From the NCBI GenBank assembly GCA_965655095.1, contig CBFHFQ010000478.1, positions 1-60,652 of the forward strand: a DNA stretch of 60,652 bases. The letters run 5' to 3'. The notes under the pieces were generated by a model. That model ran no database searches. It saw only the letters and a list, made by a program, of their open reading frames with translations, and was not told the origin of the DNA. Both the position numbers and the translations under genes were made by a program. Below are positions 26,900 through 38,674 of this stretch, one piece after another; the stretch's first letter is position 1; each line of letters opens with the position of its first letter. Source of the stretch: Haplodiscus bocki. Taxonomy: Eukaryota.

Positions 26900-28270
26900 A
26901 ATATGTCTCATTTATTCTGTCGAGCAATTTTCGGTATCAACCTTTTGTGGCAGTTTTTGGAAATTTTGGAGGAAAAGTTCCACTACTTGACCATGTCCAA
27001 CTGTTCCACAATCAAAAACTATATCCCAATACCTCATTCGATGAAAACTTCCAGGATTTTGAAATTCGAAACAATCGGATCTGTTCCGTTTATTTGAGAG
27101 AGACTCATTTGGCTTTCAAACTGGAAATGATCAGGGGTCGTGGTTGCGAAACTTACAATAGCAATGAGGTTTGACGAAGCATCATGGATAATCGAAAGAG
27201 ACTGCAAAAAGAAGCTATAGGCGTAAGGAAGACGGGAAATGGAGGAGGAGGAAGATCACGCTCCAGTTCTTCTGGTTATTCATGTAAAATAGACTTTGCA
27301 TTCAAGTTTTTTGAATGTTGAGGTGTACATTAATCTTGAGCATTTTTCAATTTTAATGGATTGCATGTGCAAAAGTTGTCCAATTCTAACAACTTCAAGG
27401 GAGCCATCTCTGAAAACGAGGGAAGTTTGCACTGTGAAGGGTGTGAATATGAAGAATTTTCCCATTATATTGTGGAGACACCCTTGTTTGATCCGTTTTC
27501 ACGAAGAGAATCGAAACACTTTGTATGCTTCAAGTTGTTTGGTAAAATGGGATTTGACTATTTCTCCACTTCTGAATTGTTACATCCTTTTATGAAATTC
27601 AGGCTGTGAATAATCAGAGCTAGACTTTTTTTACATGAATAGCAACAAAGCCCACGTTAGTCCTGCAATTGTTGAATATTCGCTTTACAATAGTCGTTTT
27701 GTCATCAAGGATGAATACGAATTGGAACAAAATGGATAAGGTTACATAAACTCCGATGGTGTTCAAATAAATGGAGGTTTTAGCGAAGGTTTTCATGTTT
27801 ACTGCCAGACAAAGAGAGTTCATTCAAGAAAACATTTTTTAATGTTGTTCCAGCTCATCGGATTGCTAGTACAATAGGTACAAACTCTGCATTCATTTGA
27901 CCTCACGCTGACACTTTTCTCAGGTGTCAACAGTTTGAACGCAGACAAATTAAAGTTACCAATGGTGGTGAGTCATATGTAAACGACGATACAGCCTATG
28001 GTTGTCGTTTTTATGTTACGATATTGAAAGCCAAGAAATTTCAAGATGAGATGCCCTCAAATTCTTTTGATAAGTTCAAAGACCACTACGTAGTGGTGTA
28101 TGATATGACTTCAAAGCAAGATTACAATCAGAATTGCCATTACCCAGAACTTGTTGGCAACCACTGAGACATGAGCTAAACTTTATCTTTTCTCTAGAAA
28201 ACGTTACAGACTTCATTGAATTGGGTGAATGAATGGCTTCGTTTGCGGTTGACAAATATGGCGTTGTTGG
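26900..28270 (+). pseudogene. Major capsid protein (double jelly-roll)
   Basis: FEIRNNR..VYLRETHLAFKL; LHSSFLNVEVYIN; KLFGKMGFDYF; FIQENIF...RIAS; VVYDMTS; ~1.4 kb span between core and protease genes. Confidence 0.75.
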
Positions 28271-28279
28271 AGAGAAAAT

Positions 28280-28680
28280 TTGAAATTATTAAGGTAGCTC
28301 TCAAACGAAAAGATAGTAGCATCTTTCTACTCAAGTATCTGAATTTGGATCATTCCCTTCAAAGTATGTCTCATATCATCCCGAAAAAAAACTTTTGCCA
28401 ATATAGATACGAAACTGAGCAGCATGCAGGGTGAGCATTGGATACTGATTGGAAACTCTTGTAACAAGCTGTGTTTCGCAGTCTCTCTCGGACGTGAATT
28501 TTACAGTTTGTCCAAGCAGCAGTTTAAGCAAGTGGTGGCAGAGATTTTACAGTCGCATACCAGAGTTGACAATTTTTTTACCATCTATGCAGCTTTACAT
28601 TGTCCCAAGTTGCGAAAAGACGAAATTATTGGAGTTCACGGTGTTAATATATTTTCAACTACAAGTATATACTTGTAATG
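28280..28680 (+). pseudogene. Adenain-like cysteine protease
   Basis: GEHWIL catalytic His motif, F.VSLG, and LQSH (catalytic Cys appears lost). Confidence 0.75.
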
Positions 28681-28904
28681 TTTCATTCTCTGCAATTTAA
28701 TTGTGCAAGACTCATCAGGTTTTTTTTACAGTTTGATCTCTCTACGCAGTTCTTTGAAAAGTTCAACAAAAAGTTAACATAGCATCAAGTCAATAAAGTA
28801 TCCCCAGGCAATAAAATTGACAGCCATAATTTTGAACCGCTGACCTAAAAAATAGGTCATATTTTGTCTCTACCCTAAAAAGAATTCGTTTTGCGCCTAC
28901 CTGT

Positions 28905-29270
28905 TGCGTACAAGTTCCTCCAAAAAACGTTCTGAAAAAATTTGAAAAGTTTTACAGTGCCGAAAATGAGTCAAAAAAACAATTCCCGATCTTTTTACAT
29001 TCCAAAAGCCAACAGCCTTTACTAGTAAACGGCCGATCACACTTCTCTCTTTTAATGCATTACCTAAGACACAACGCTCTTTCTCAAAACCAATAAGTTT
29101 TTAGCAGCCAATCACAATCGAGCTCGCAAAAAACCTAACTTTTGTCGGCAATTGAAAATTGAGTTATAGGTCACCTGAAAAAACATTGAACGGAGAGCCG
29201 GATAGTGTTGAAGACCCTTCTCGGCTCTCGGTTCTAATTAGCTTGCTTTAGCTTTACTTAAAACATAGCC
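28905..29270 (+). repeat. ~350 bp CCAAT/hairpin module, copy 1 (direct repeat of 31785-32130)
   Basis: Colinear similarity, including an exact 19-mer GACCCTTCTCGGCTCTCGG at 29213 and 32091. Confidence 0.8.
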
Positions 29271-29339
29271 TAACTTCAACCCCTCTCCATCCACTCCAGC
29301 TGATTAGATTCTTCAAAAGCTAAGTTTAGATTCATATGT

Positions 29340-31580
29340 CCTGTTTTTATAAAAAATAGTGCCATTGTTTTTCATTTCCATCTCTTTTATGCTCTATACT
29401 CAAGTTTTTTCTTTGGGGGTGGTGGAGCGGTTTCCACATCTACATGTCTACACATGCAAAAATCATTTTTTCACAAAGAGAGCTAATGATCTAATGGTGA
29501 AAATCCTTGAAGAAGTTTTTGTTGCTATCTATCGTTTTCACACGCAAAACAGTTGTTGAAGATTCTTTTTCCGAAAGTTGACAAACTTGTTCATATCTAT
29601 GGATGAGGTTGATGCTAGCGACCATACCCATACTTCATCTGTCAACCGATGTCGCCCGGTCTTTATGTTAGGACACGTTAGGGTCTCGATAGGGGAAACA
29701 ACTAGATTCACACTTCTGCAAAACAAGACCTGAATCTTTAAATAAATGGTATCGTCACTTCTCCAACAAACGAGACGAGATGTAAAATTGAAAAATTCTA
29801 TGCGACGGGAAGACAGAAAATGTTGTTTGTTTCAGTGTTGATGGGTTCTTAGCTCATTGGAACACTCTCTTTCAAGCCAAGGGTTGTTTCTATCACCGTT
29901 GCTACTTCCTAGATGTTCGTCCAACGCTCACTGAAGTGGAGTTCCAACAAGGTAATTTGAACTGGGGAACCGATGATTTCAGAACCCATGATAGAGTTAC
30001 ACCTCTGCAAAACAAGACGTGAAGCTTTGAAAATATGATCCTGTTCTTTTTTCATCAAACAAGAACAGACTTTAAAATGGAAAGCCTCTATATAACAGAC
30101 ACACAGGAGAAAATTGATTGTTTCAGTGTTGATTTTTCTCGTCTCATTTTAAAATTGTGTGTACGGCCATGCGTTTTTTCTATCGACGTTGCTTTTTCCT
30201 AGTTGTCCGTCCATATCTCACTAAAAAGAATTTCCGAAGAGGTAATTTGAAGCGAGGAGCCGATGACTTCACAGAAAATTATAGACAAAAAAGGCTTCAC
30301 TGTCATCGAAAATGTGAGACTGACTCATGGAGACTGTTAAAGACCACAAAAGTAGCTAGACCTAATATCCGTGAAAACTTCCCTTAGAGACGTTCACTTA
30401 CAGAAGACCAACTCCTAGAAATAAAACAAAGGAATTTCTTTCAGCTGCGTTCAATGCGACATTGAAGTACCTGAAAATTTGAGAACCACTCTTTCAAAAT
30501 TCTTTTCAACCTCCGATAAGATATTAGTCAGCAGAATTGATTTAGGAAACCTAATGGAAAACTACTGAAGAAGAAAGATGTCCAATCCTCCGAAATTGTT
30601 GATATCAAGCTTCACATTTTAAAACTTACACTCAACATTTATTTCTTTTGACTTAACATGAACTGCGTCTTGTTTGTAACACATGGGGTTGCTGAATAAA
30701 CTCCTGATTTTGTTTCATCAGCTTTGTACAGTCAGCAGTGGATGCAAAAAGTCAAGGCGACCAAAATCCAAACTCCAGTGTAGTGTCAGAGACAAAAGAG
30801 TCTCTCACCAATGGCTTTTTCGAATACCATGTTATGGACAGCAGCCGACACACCCTGACAAAGTTCCTCAGTGAAGGAAAAACTGATGCGGCTAAACAAA
30901 TTAAACTGTTCAAAGAGCTAGATTTTGTTTATATTTCCTTGCACAGAATGAACAAAAAGTGCCAATCGTTTGCAGGTTCTTCATTCTTCAAAACGCAAAA
31001 TTTCGAAAATGAGAACTCTACAAATTTTTCATTAGATTCTGTGAGGTAAACAAGTTGGAAAACCTGGATTTGGTCACTGTATCTTGCTCTCGTTGAGAAT
31101 CAACTGAAAGATTGTATCCAAGCTGGAAAGAGAGAAGAGTGAGAGCGATTTGTTCGAAGTATTGAACTGATAGTTTCACAGATAATGCTGTTGGAAGTTT
31201 GTTCCTCAAAAGTGCTGTGACAAGCACAGAACAAATGACAAGAGAGAACCGAGTGTTCTCGAGGAGAGTTTCAGTTGTTAGGAAATGCTGTGTTTTCGTA
31301 GTGAAACTTACAACTGCTACGATACTACCTCTAACAATTTGATTTTCTGCAAAGAAGGTTTCAATAAGCAAACAGACTATACCAGAGCAGCGACAGTTCT
31401 CTGAAAAAGTATCGCAAAACTATTGATGATGCAGTGGAAATTACAACTTCAAAAAGAGGTTTTTTTCTTTTATCTCAACGGTGCAACGTATACAGAAACT
31501 AAACGAGGATAATTGTATTTCTATCCTGAAAGGATCGTGGGGATTGATAAAACTGGCACTCAACCTCTCAATTTGTTATT
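29340..31580 (+). pseudogene. Protein-primed DNA polymerase B (SLYP-type, Vsr-like insert); N-terminal half missing
   Basis: VDAS..(L)YP motif A near 29610; FSVDG...CFYHRC insert; VQCDIEVPENL; DKREP..F.EE; C-terminal TQPLNL. Confidence 0.85.
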
Positions 31581-31784
31581 TTATCAACTAAAATTTTCCG
31601 TTGTCTTGTGCTTTTTAGTTTTTGTATTCTCCATTTAAACATTTGAGAAATTTAAGACAATCTTTTTACTTAACATTTAGTCAAAAAAGTAACCGCAGCC
31701 ATGAAATATAACCGGTGGCGTCATCAAAAATCCGCAGGTGCCGTGTTTCGTCCGCGGTATTAAATATTCGCTCAGCGGCCGTCT

Positions 31785-32130
31785 GCTGCCAAAAAATTTT
31801 GACAGAAAAAAAACTCAATTCTCAAAAAAAGTGTTACAGAGACAAAAATGAATCATAAAGCCACTCCCGATCTCTGAACCTTGTAAAAGCCTATAGCTTA
31901 TACTAGTTTATGGCTGATAGATCTTCCTTCTTTTAATACAAAACCCAACACAATCGGCTCCTGGACAAAACCAGAATGCTGAGGGCGGCCAAATAGAATC
32001 GAGCACGCAAAAATTTTAATTTTCGTCAGCCAATCAGAATCGATTAGTACCTCAGCCGAAAACGACCGAGAGCTCTCGGATAGGCTTAGAGACCCTTCTC
32101 GGCTCTCGGCTCGATTTGGCCCTTTTAGGT
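31785..32130 (+). repeat. ~350 bp CCAAT/hairpin module, copy 2
   Basis: Direct repeat of 28905-29270. Confidence 0.8.
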
Positions 32131-32299
32131 TATCCTAATACCCGGAGTCTTCATTTCCTCACCAACTCTCGCCACCAGATCAGAAACGACAAAGAACACT
32201 TTCGTAATTGAATGCAAGAATTAAAACATTGCAAATAGTCTCAGTTTTCTAATTTTACAATTGTTTAGTTTAGTTTTTTTTTACTTTTTTTCCAAAACT

Positions 32300-33157
32300 G
32301 GTGCTATTTTTTTCTCTTTCTCTTTCTTTTATGCTTTATTTTTTGCATTATAATAAAGTACTGTCTTTTTTTGGAAAAGTTTCTCATATTGAGTATTGTG
32401 TTGGCTTCAATTTCAAATTTTTCAAACATATAATTCCCAATCAATGGTTTTTGTTCAACACTTAGATCATTTTCTAGCTTTGCAGCTTCCATACAATGTT
32501 TGTGCTTAAAAGTCCATTTTGTTTTCACTTTGACAACTGTAGAGTTTTTTCCGCGACCAATCGGAAGGAAATTTTTCCGACCGGTTCGCAATTACGAGGC
32601 CTATGTTTTCCACCTATTTTGTGAAAAGTAATACATCTCCTTTCTAAGATTTTGTACAAAAATGAAAATTTCTGTTTTTTGTTTTTTCTAACTGTGTGTT
32701 TTAAATCTACTTCTACTAAACAACCAAACTCAGCATCACCTTCTGATGCTGGAATGGTTCTCAACGGTTTAGTTTCAAAAAACTTTTATTGTCCTCATAT
32801 GGTAAAACTTGTGTCATATGTAACCCATATGTTTTTTTAGCATCAAATAGCAATCTTTTTCTTTCTTCTTTACTTTTAACAACCCTCAATCTCAGCTAAG
32901 GCGAAGGTCTTTTCCCTGCTCTCGACTCAAGTCTGCTCATGTAGGCTCGCTATAGCCTATCCGGAAACATCAGGACCTCCACCCCCGAGAAAAACTTCTT
33001 TTACACAATGTTGACAGCCATCAAATCCTAGAAATGAGTTAGCCTCTGGTAATATTACGCAAAGACCATACTATTAAATCTGCGACCAAATGAAACATTT
33101 CAATATTCTAAAAAAGAACTGCTCTTCAAAATATTTGACTGCAGCGAAAAAAATTAC
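32300..33157 (-). pseudogene. pPolB polymerase-domain fragment (NLYG-type)
   Basis: SRGG...LFDAKKTYGLHMTQVLPYE, matching the D.N.LYG..M...LP motif A, and GCLVEVDLKH. Confidence 0.75.
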
Positions 33158-33357
33158 NNNNNNNNNNNNNNNNNNNNNNNNNNNNNNNNNNNNNNNNNNN
33201 NNNNNNNNNNNNNNNNNNNNNNNNNNNNNNNNNNNNNNNNNNNNNNNNNNNNNNNNNNNNNNNNNNNNNNNNNNNNNNNNNNNNNNNNNNNNNNNNNNNN
33301 NNNNNNNNNNNNNNNNNNNNNNNNNNNNNNNNNNNNNNNNNNNNNNNNNNNNNNNNN
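33158..33357. other. Assembly gap (200 N)
   Basis: Run of exactly 200 N, most likely a scaffolding placeholder. Confidence 0.99.
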
Positions 33358-34000
33358 AATATATCTAGGCCATATATCTTTTCCATTATAACAACCGAGA
33401 TTAACACCCAATTTCCTTAAACAATGTTGAATAAGAGCCATAGTCCTAACATTTGATCGTATTTATTCATTTCTAATTAATTCTAAATATTTTTTTTTCT
33501 GTTTCTAGAGTAAGTTAGATAGTTAATACATTATGTAAAACAATAACAATTAGATGGAAGATCTTAATTCTTTCCACGATATACAATAATTTGCTGTTTG
33601 AAATCGCATCCGTTTCCACATTTACCTCTGTTAACAACAATAAATTGAGGTGTATTTGAGTTATACATTTAACCATTAAAAATAGCATCATCAGATTCAT
33701 AGTCTTGATCGATAGCGTTTACCCAATGCTCGTAATCAGTAATAATTCTAAATCTAAAGTGTGTTTGACGAATGTGGTCACCAATTGATATTTCACTGAC
33801 CATTTCGAAATCATCAGTATAATCTCTCAATGTTTCATTTTTTTTGTAAATTTTTATCAATAACTTGAATTTTTTTTCAACTTTCCACTCTAAACTGTGG
33901 TTTATCCGCATTTTTAATTTCAACCAATTCATTATCTACTTCATTAATTTTTCTAATGACCATTCTTAAAATTATTTTTTCTTGATAATTTTTATACTCG
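33358..34000 (-). pseudogene. Probable pPolB N-terminal region
   Basis: YEHWVNAIDQDYESDDAIFNG..C..KCINYL..MA.IQ.CLRKLG lies upstream of and co-oriented with the polymerase fragment across the gap. Confidence 0.45.
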
Positions 34001-35375
34001 CTATTCATTATCATTTAAGTATCAAGAATTTTTTGAAATGGTTTATCTGAGATCTCATTTTCTCTACTTCAACATCACATCATCATTTTTTATTCCTGTT
34101 TTATGTTTAGGAGCAAAAAAGTCATCGAAATTAAAATAATCGTTCTCAATATTTTCATATTAATATTCTTCATTTTATTTATCATCTCTATTTTTAATCA
34201 CAGTATAAAATAAATCGTAAAGATTAATATTCATACTCTTAATGTTAGGCTTAGTCTGTAAAAAATTCATCAACAACAATACTTCCTGATAATGTTTACA
34301 TGTTTACTAATACCTTGAAATCTTTACTAAAAGGGTCTTCTTCGAAGTGAAAAGAATTGATTTGCCTTCTATGTTTCATATCATCATAATAATCAAAAAT
34401 CTTAAATTTGTTTTGTAATATTTTAATCATATCTACTGTTGAATTATGTTTAGTATTAACCACAGAATAATATATTTCTCTAATCTTTTTATTAGCAGAT
34501 GGCAATCTAGTTGAAAAAGTATGATCTTTTCTACGAACTTTGTTAACGATTTGATGTTTTTGTTTCTTGATATTATGTTCACAGTTTTAAGAGTAGTAAC
34601 CTTTATAAAATTCTAACTAATTATGTCTTTTACAACTAGGACATCAAGGTAAATTAACTTTTGGTTGTTGAATATTTGGTTGTTTGTTTTTAGGATAATG
34701 TTTAACTAATATTTCATCATTATTATTTTTAAAAAGTTTATGATTCTTCCTTATCTCTGTTCCATTCTATCGGTTTTTTGGTTCCTCACGGAGTCTTAAT
34801 ATAATATTTTCAGTTGGATGAATAATATCTCGTTTACTGTTTACTTCAAAATAATAGTTACCATTAAGAAGTTTCATTCAAATATTTTAAAACAGATCCC
34901 ATTAGATCATAATAGTTTATATTCACATAATAAGACCCATCATATTAAGCTAACCATTACATTAAACTACCACAATCATTACCATATTTATAAATAGCTT
35001 TGTTGTTCTTGAATAACAACTTTGTTGGAAATAAGGATTTATAATCATATCTCTATATTTCTCAATCTTTAGAATTTTAATTTTCACTTTTCTGTTTTTT
35101 AAAATGCATAGAACTCAATGTTTGTTCATGTAATCTTGACGTTCATAAGTTTTATGAAGATCTATACGAATACAAAATTTTTTGTGTTCAGCATTGTTTA
35201 ATCGATTGATAATTTTTTTTTCGTTGAATTTTACTGAAATCGTTTTTTTGTTTACTTACGTTGTTACCACATGAAACACATGTAAGTTGATACTCATATG
35301 GTAAAAACACATTTTGACCACAATGTCCACAATGTTTAGCAATTTTCTAATACTTTCATCTTCTGTTAGTTGCGT

Positions 35376-36240
35376 TTAGTATTTAATATATTTTTGAATT
35401 AAATTTAGTTTCTTCATACCTTGATCTTTTTCTTCAAGACATAGTTTTGATGGCAGTAAAAAATATTGGTTATATCTCTCAGTTAGATAATTGATTCTAT
35501 AGCTAAGAAAAGTGTCATGTATGACTTCAGTAATTGTATATAGATCATAGAACCAATTTGTACTATCACCTTTTGAGAATACATTTTTAAAATCAGCTGT
35601 ACGAAGTAATTGTCTTAGATGAAAGTCTGCTGTTTGTTTTTCTCTATCATCTCTGAGATTGGTGTAGACTTCTTTATTGTTTGGTTTTTTAGAAGCATCA
35701 TTTGGATTCATTTTAGCTGAGTTAAGAATGTTATTATTATATTGTTTAAGGATAGAATGTTTTTCACTTATCCAATCAGCGTTTCTTTTCAGTAAAAATT
35801 GTTTCATTAATAAATCATAAGTTTTTCTAGTGACCCTTCCAGCTATACTGGGACCTTCATCAGTAAATCATGATTAATATCGTATATTTTTCACTTTTAA
35901 GATTTTTTGAAACATAGATTTATACCATTCATTTCCTCTATCGTTTTTCAACTTGAGTGGTGTTCATTTTTATGTTGAAAGAATAATTGAAGATTCCTCT
36001 GTTCTTGTTTAACTGTTTTTTTTAAGTGGTATACACCACAAATAGTTTGAGAAATTATCGAATTTAATGAATATATACCTATATCCTTTGTTATTTGAAA
36101 TTTCGTAATCAATCATGTCAGCCAAATCAGTATTCCAAATTTCATCAAGGTGATTATATAAGATTTTATTAGTTTCAAAATTTTTCCTGGGGCTTTACTG
36201 TATATCTCAATATGAGAGTATCAATATTATTCTTCTTCAT
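35376..36240 (-). pseudogene. Retroviral-like (rve) Polinton integrase
   Basis: IWNTDLADMIDY..GYRYIFIKFDNFSNYLWCIPLK; NDRGNEWY; YNNNI..MNP; VFSKGDSTNW. Confidence 0.9.
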
Positions 36241-36249
36241 TATTTAATC

Positions 36250-36880
36250 TGAGAAATTGATAGACTTTTATAAATTCTTGTTGATAATCTAGGAAACTAA
36301 ATTTCATCCCCTAGTGCTGATGATGTTGTTTTAAAAGTGGTTGAGTAATTTTCCAATCAATTGCTTCTTTTAGTCTTTCACAACTGGATAGTGGGTATAT
36401 GAAATGAACATATTGGTTTCACATGGTTGATTTAGATTTTTAACCATTTCATCTCTGGTGTAAATTGAAACTCTATCCTTTTCCTATAATTATCATTACC
36501 TATACCCAAAATATCATTCGTTGAAACTGATTTTGACTTTCCCTGTAGAGTTTGTCTAATTGTACTTCTTGCTTCACAAACTAAACGAGAATTGGTATCT
36601 GTTTTGTATGTAATATTGGAAAAAAATTTTTCAAGAGCAATAATTTTATCATGAGTTTTCAATTGATCTTCATTTATTCAATCTGGATTATCTAAATAAA
36701 AATTTTTTCATTCGATTATCTAAATAATATTTTTTAGTTCTTACTGAAATTTCATTATAAAACTTTTTTCTATGAAATTTACTAAGCTTACATAATCCAT
36801 ATCTTCGTTTTTTATTTTTATGAAATTTTGTCAAAAATTTTTCTTTTTTACATTTGGAACATCTCTTCAAATCTTCACTC
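36250..36880 (-). pseudogene. HNH-type endonuclease with an N-terminal CxxC region
   Basis: KRCSKCKKEK..FHKNK; DILG..FQFTPEMKW; INHVKPICSF, resembling the (D)H.xP HNH motif. Confidence 0.65.
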
Positions 36881-36910
36881 GTTTATTTTACAAACTTTGA
36901 TTGAATTAAT

Positions 36911-37337
36911 TTACATAACTCGCAAGCGTAAGCCATTTCCATGCATAACAGAAGAACTCAAAATTTTACCCCCTGATATACTCTTTAGAATATTTGTAGT
37001 AGACTGTCCAACTTTTGGATTTTTAGTTTTAGCACTCCCAGACATGACAATAAACAGTGCTGATGCATTAATTGCTGGTTTTAGAATTTTATTCCAAGCA
37101 GCTTGTGTTCCTCGGAATATCGATTTAGGTTCGTTTTTAATTGATCCTCCTACGAGTTGAAATTGTCTTGGAGTGAAAGTAATTTGTTTCTGACATTTAC
37201 ATTTTGGATTTGCACAAAGATCATGTAATTTCAATATATCATGCTTTATTATTTAAATCGCACCATGTTGATATTGACATATTTGAGCAATGACTATTTT
37301 TACTTTTTGTTTTTTCCACAAAATCTTCTCGTGTCAT
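36911..37337 (-). pseudogene. Basic core-like protein with adenain cleavage motifs
   Basis: K-rich; contains LVGG|S, ISGG|K and MHGN|G. The start at 37337 connects by a frameshift. Confidence 0.5.
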
Positions 37338-37496
37338 TTACTCAGTAAAAATTTGAGTTATATCACGACCACAAATATCACAATTTGCTTTTATAATTAA
37401 AATGAGTTTTTGAGTTTTGGGTTTTAATTTTCCATTTACATTCCAATTAATTGGCTCACTATAATCACTTCCACCAACACACCATGTTTTTGTCAT
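37338..37496 (-). CDS. Small Cys-containing (zinc-ribbon-like) protein, 52 aa
   Basis: Open ATG-to-TAA frame MTKTWCVGG...ANCDICGR, tightly packed with its neighbours. Confidence 0.5.
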   Translation of the reverse strand: MTKTWCVGGSDYSEPINWNVNGKLKPKTQKLILIIKANCDICGRDITQIFTE

Positions 37497-37529
37497 TTAA
37501 CATTTAAATTATTGAATATTCCGGAGGAG

Positions 37530-38211
37530 CACTCGGTTGAATATCATTTTTTTCTTCTTTCTAGGTTTGAATAAAGTTATCTCTATACAGAAATTATTAT
37601 TCACAATAATTTGGCTAAAAAATTGTTAAGTTGAACTAATTGTTCTGGTGGAAGAAAATCTTTACTTTTTACATCACCAAAAACAACTTCTGCTCTGAAA
37701 ACAGTATTTTGCATAGTTTCTTTTCTTTTATCAAGGTAATGAGTATAAATCTTTTCTAAAGCCTGTGCTTCTTTATCATAAATTTTTTATCTATCAACGA
37801 TTGTTTCAAATTTTTCTCACATAACAAAGTAATAACAATAATCCAATCTCTCAATTTAGTAAATCGTATCTTCAATTTTGATATAAGTTCATTAGTGATT
37901 AAGGAAGCAATACCAGTTAATAAAGCTGTAGAACTAGTTAATTTTACACCAATGCTTGGATTTGCTAATGAAACAGTGGAAGTGAGTATAGCTGATCCTG
38001 ATCGTAAAAAAAATTCAAAGATATTTATTAGTACTTTCATTTTTTTAAAGCTTTATATTTCTTCCCAATACTCGTTTTCTTTTCTGAGTGATTTAAATAT
38101 ATTCTCATCATCATGTTTTTCTTTTTTGTATCCTAAATCTTTAATTTCATCATCCTTTGTTTTTATTTTTAACAGTTTTCGATCATTAGTCAAAATTGGA
38201 TATGTACTCAT
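37530..38211 (-). pseudogene. Putative membrane protein: charged segments flanking two hydrophobic helices
   Basis: Charged N-terminus, then SGSAILTSTVSLANPSIGVKLTSSTALLTGIASLIT, then a charged C-terminus. Confidence 0.5.
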
Positions 38212-38431
38212 TTGTTAAACAGAAAAGACTCTTCTAATAAGTGTAAAAAAATTATCTTTTAATCACTTTTGGCGGTCTAATGTTTGTAGAGCCAGTTTTT
38301 TTTATATTACAAAATTCTTCATCAGTAAATATTGATTGTTTAGAAATATCAAGATCTGTTAAGGATAATAGTAAAATATAACTTCTTTCATGACGTACAC
38401 CTTCAAACATTGCAGCAAAATAATGTTCCAT

Positions 38432-38674
38432 TTACCTATAGAAAATCATTTCCAAAAATGATTCTTCTTCGTTTTCAATATAAATCAAGTATTCTCCATT
38501 TTGTTCAAGTAAAATATATTCAAACTCTTGAAACAAACTATTAATATCATTTTTTATATAACCACTTTCTATTAAAAAATCAGTATCCTTTTTAAAATTT
38601 AAAAATGAAACTACTAGTTTTGTATAATCTGGTATTATTTCGAATAAATCTTTAAAGTAGTTTACATGATCCAT
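38432..38674 (-). CDS. Small acidic hypothetical viral protein (80 aa)
   Basis: Intact ORF whose start and stop abut neighbouring genes through TAAATG. Confidence 0.5.
   Translation of the reverse strand: MDHVNYFKDLFEIIPDYTKLVVSFLNFKKDTDFLIESGYIKNDINSLFQEFEYILLEQNGEYLIYIENEEESFLEMIFYR

Larger units (their letters stand above)
22680..31600 (+). mobile_element. Polinton/Maverick (adintovirus-like) element A, decayed; termini not identified
   Basis: Co-oriented remnants of ATPase, rve integrase, minor capsid, core, major capsid, adenain protease and pPolB, which is the Polinton core gene set. Confidence 0.9.

Noticed and set aside
33090-33441. ORFs spanning the N run
   Set aside because: Artefacts of translating through the gap.
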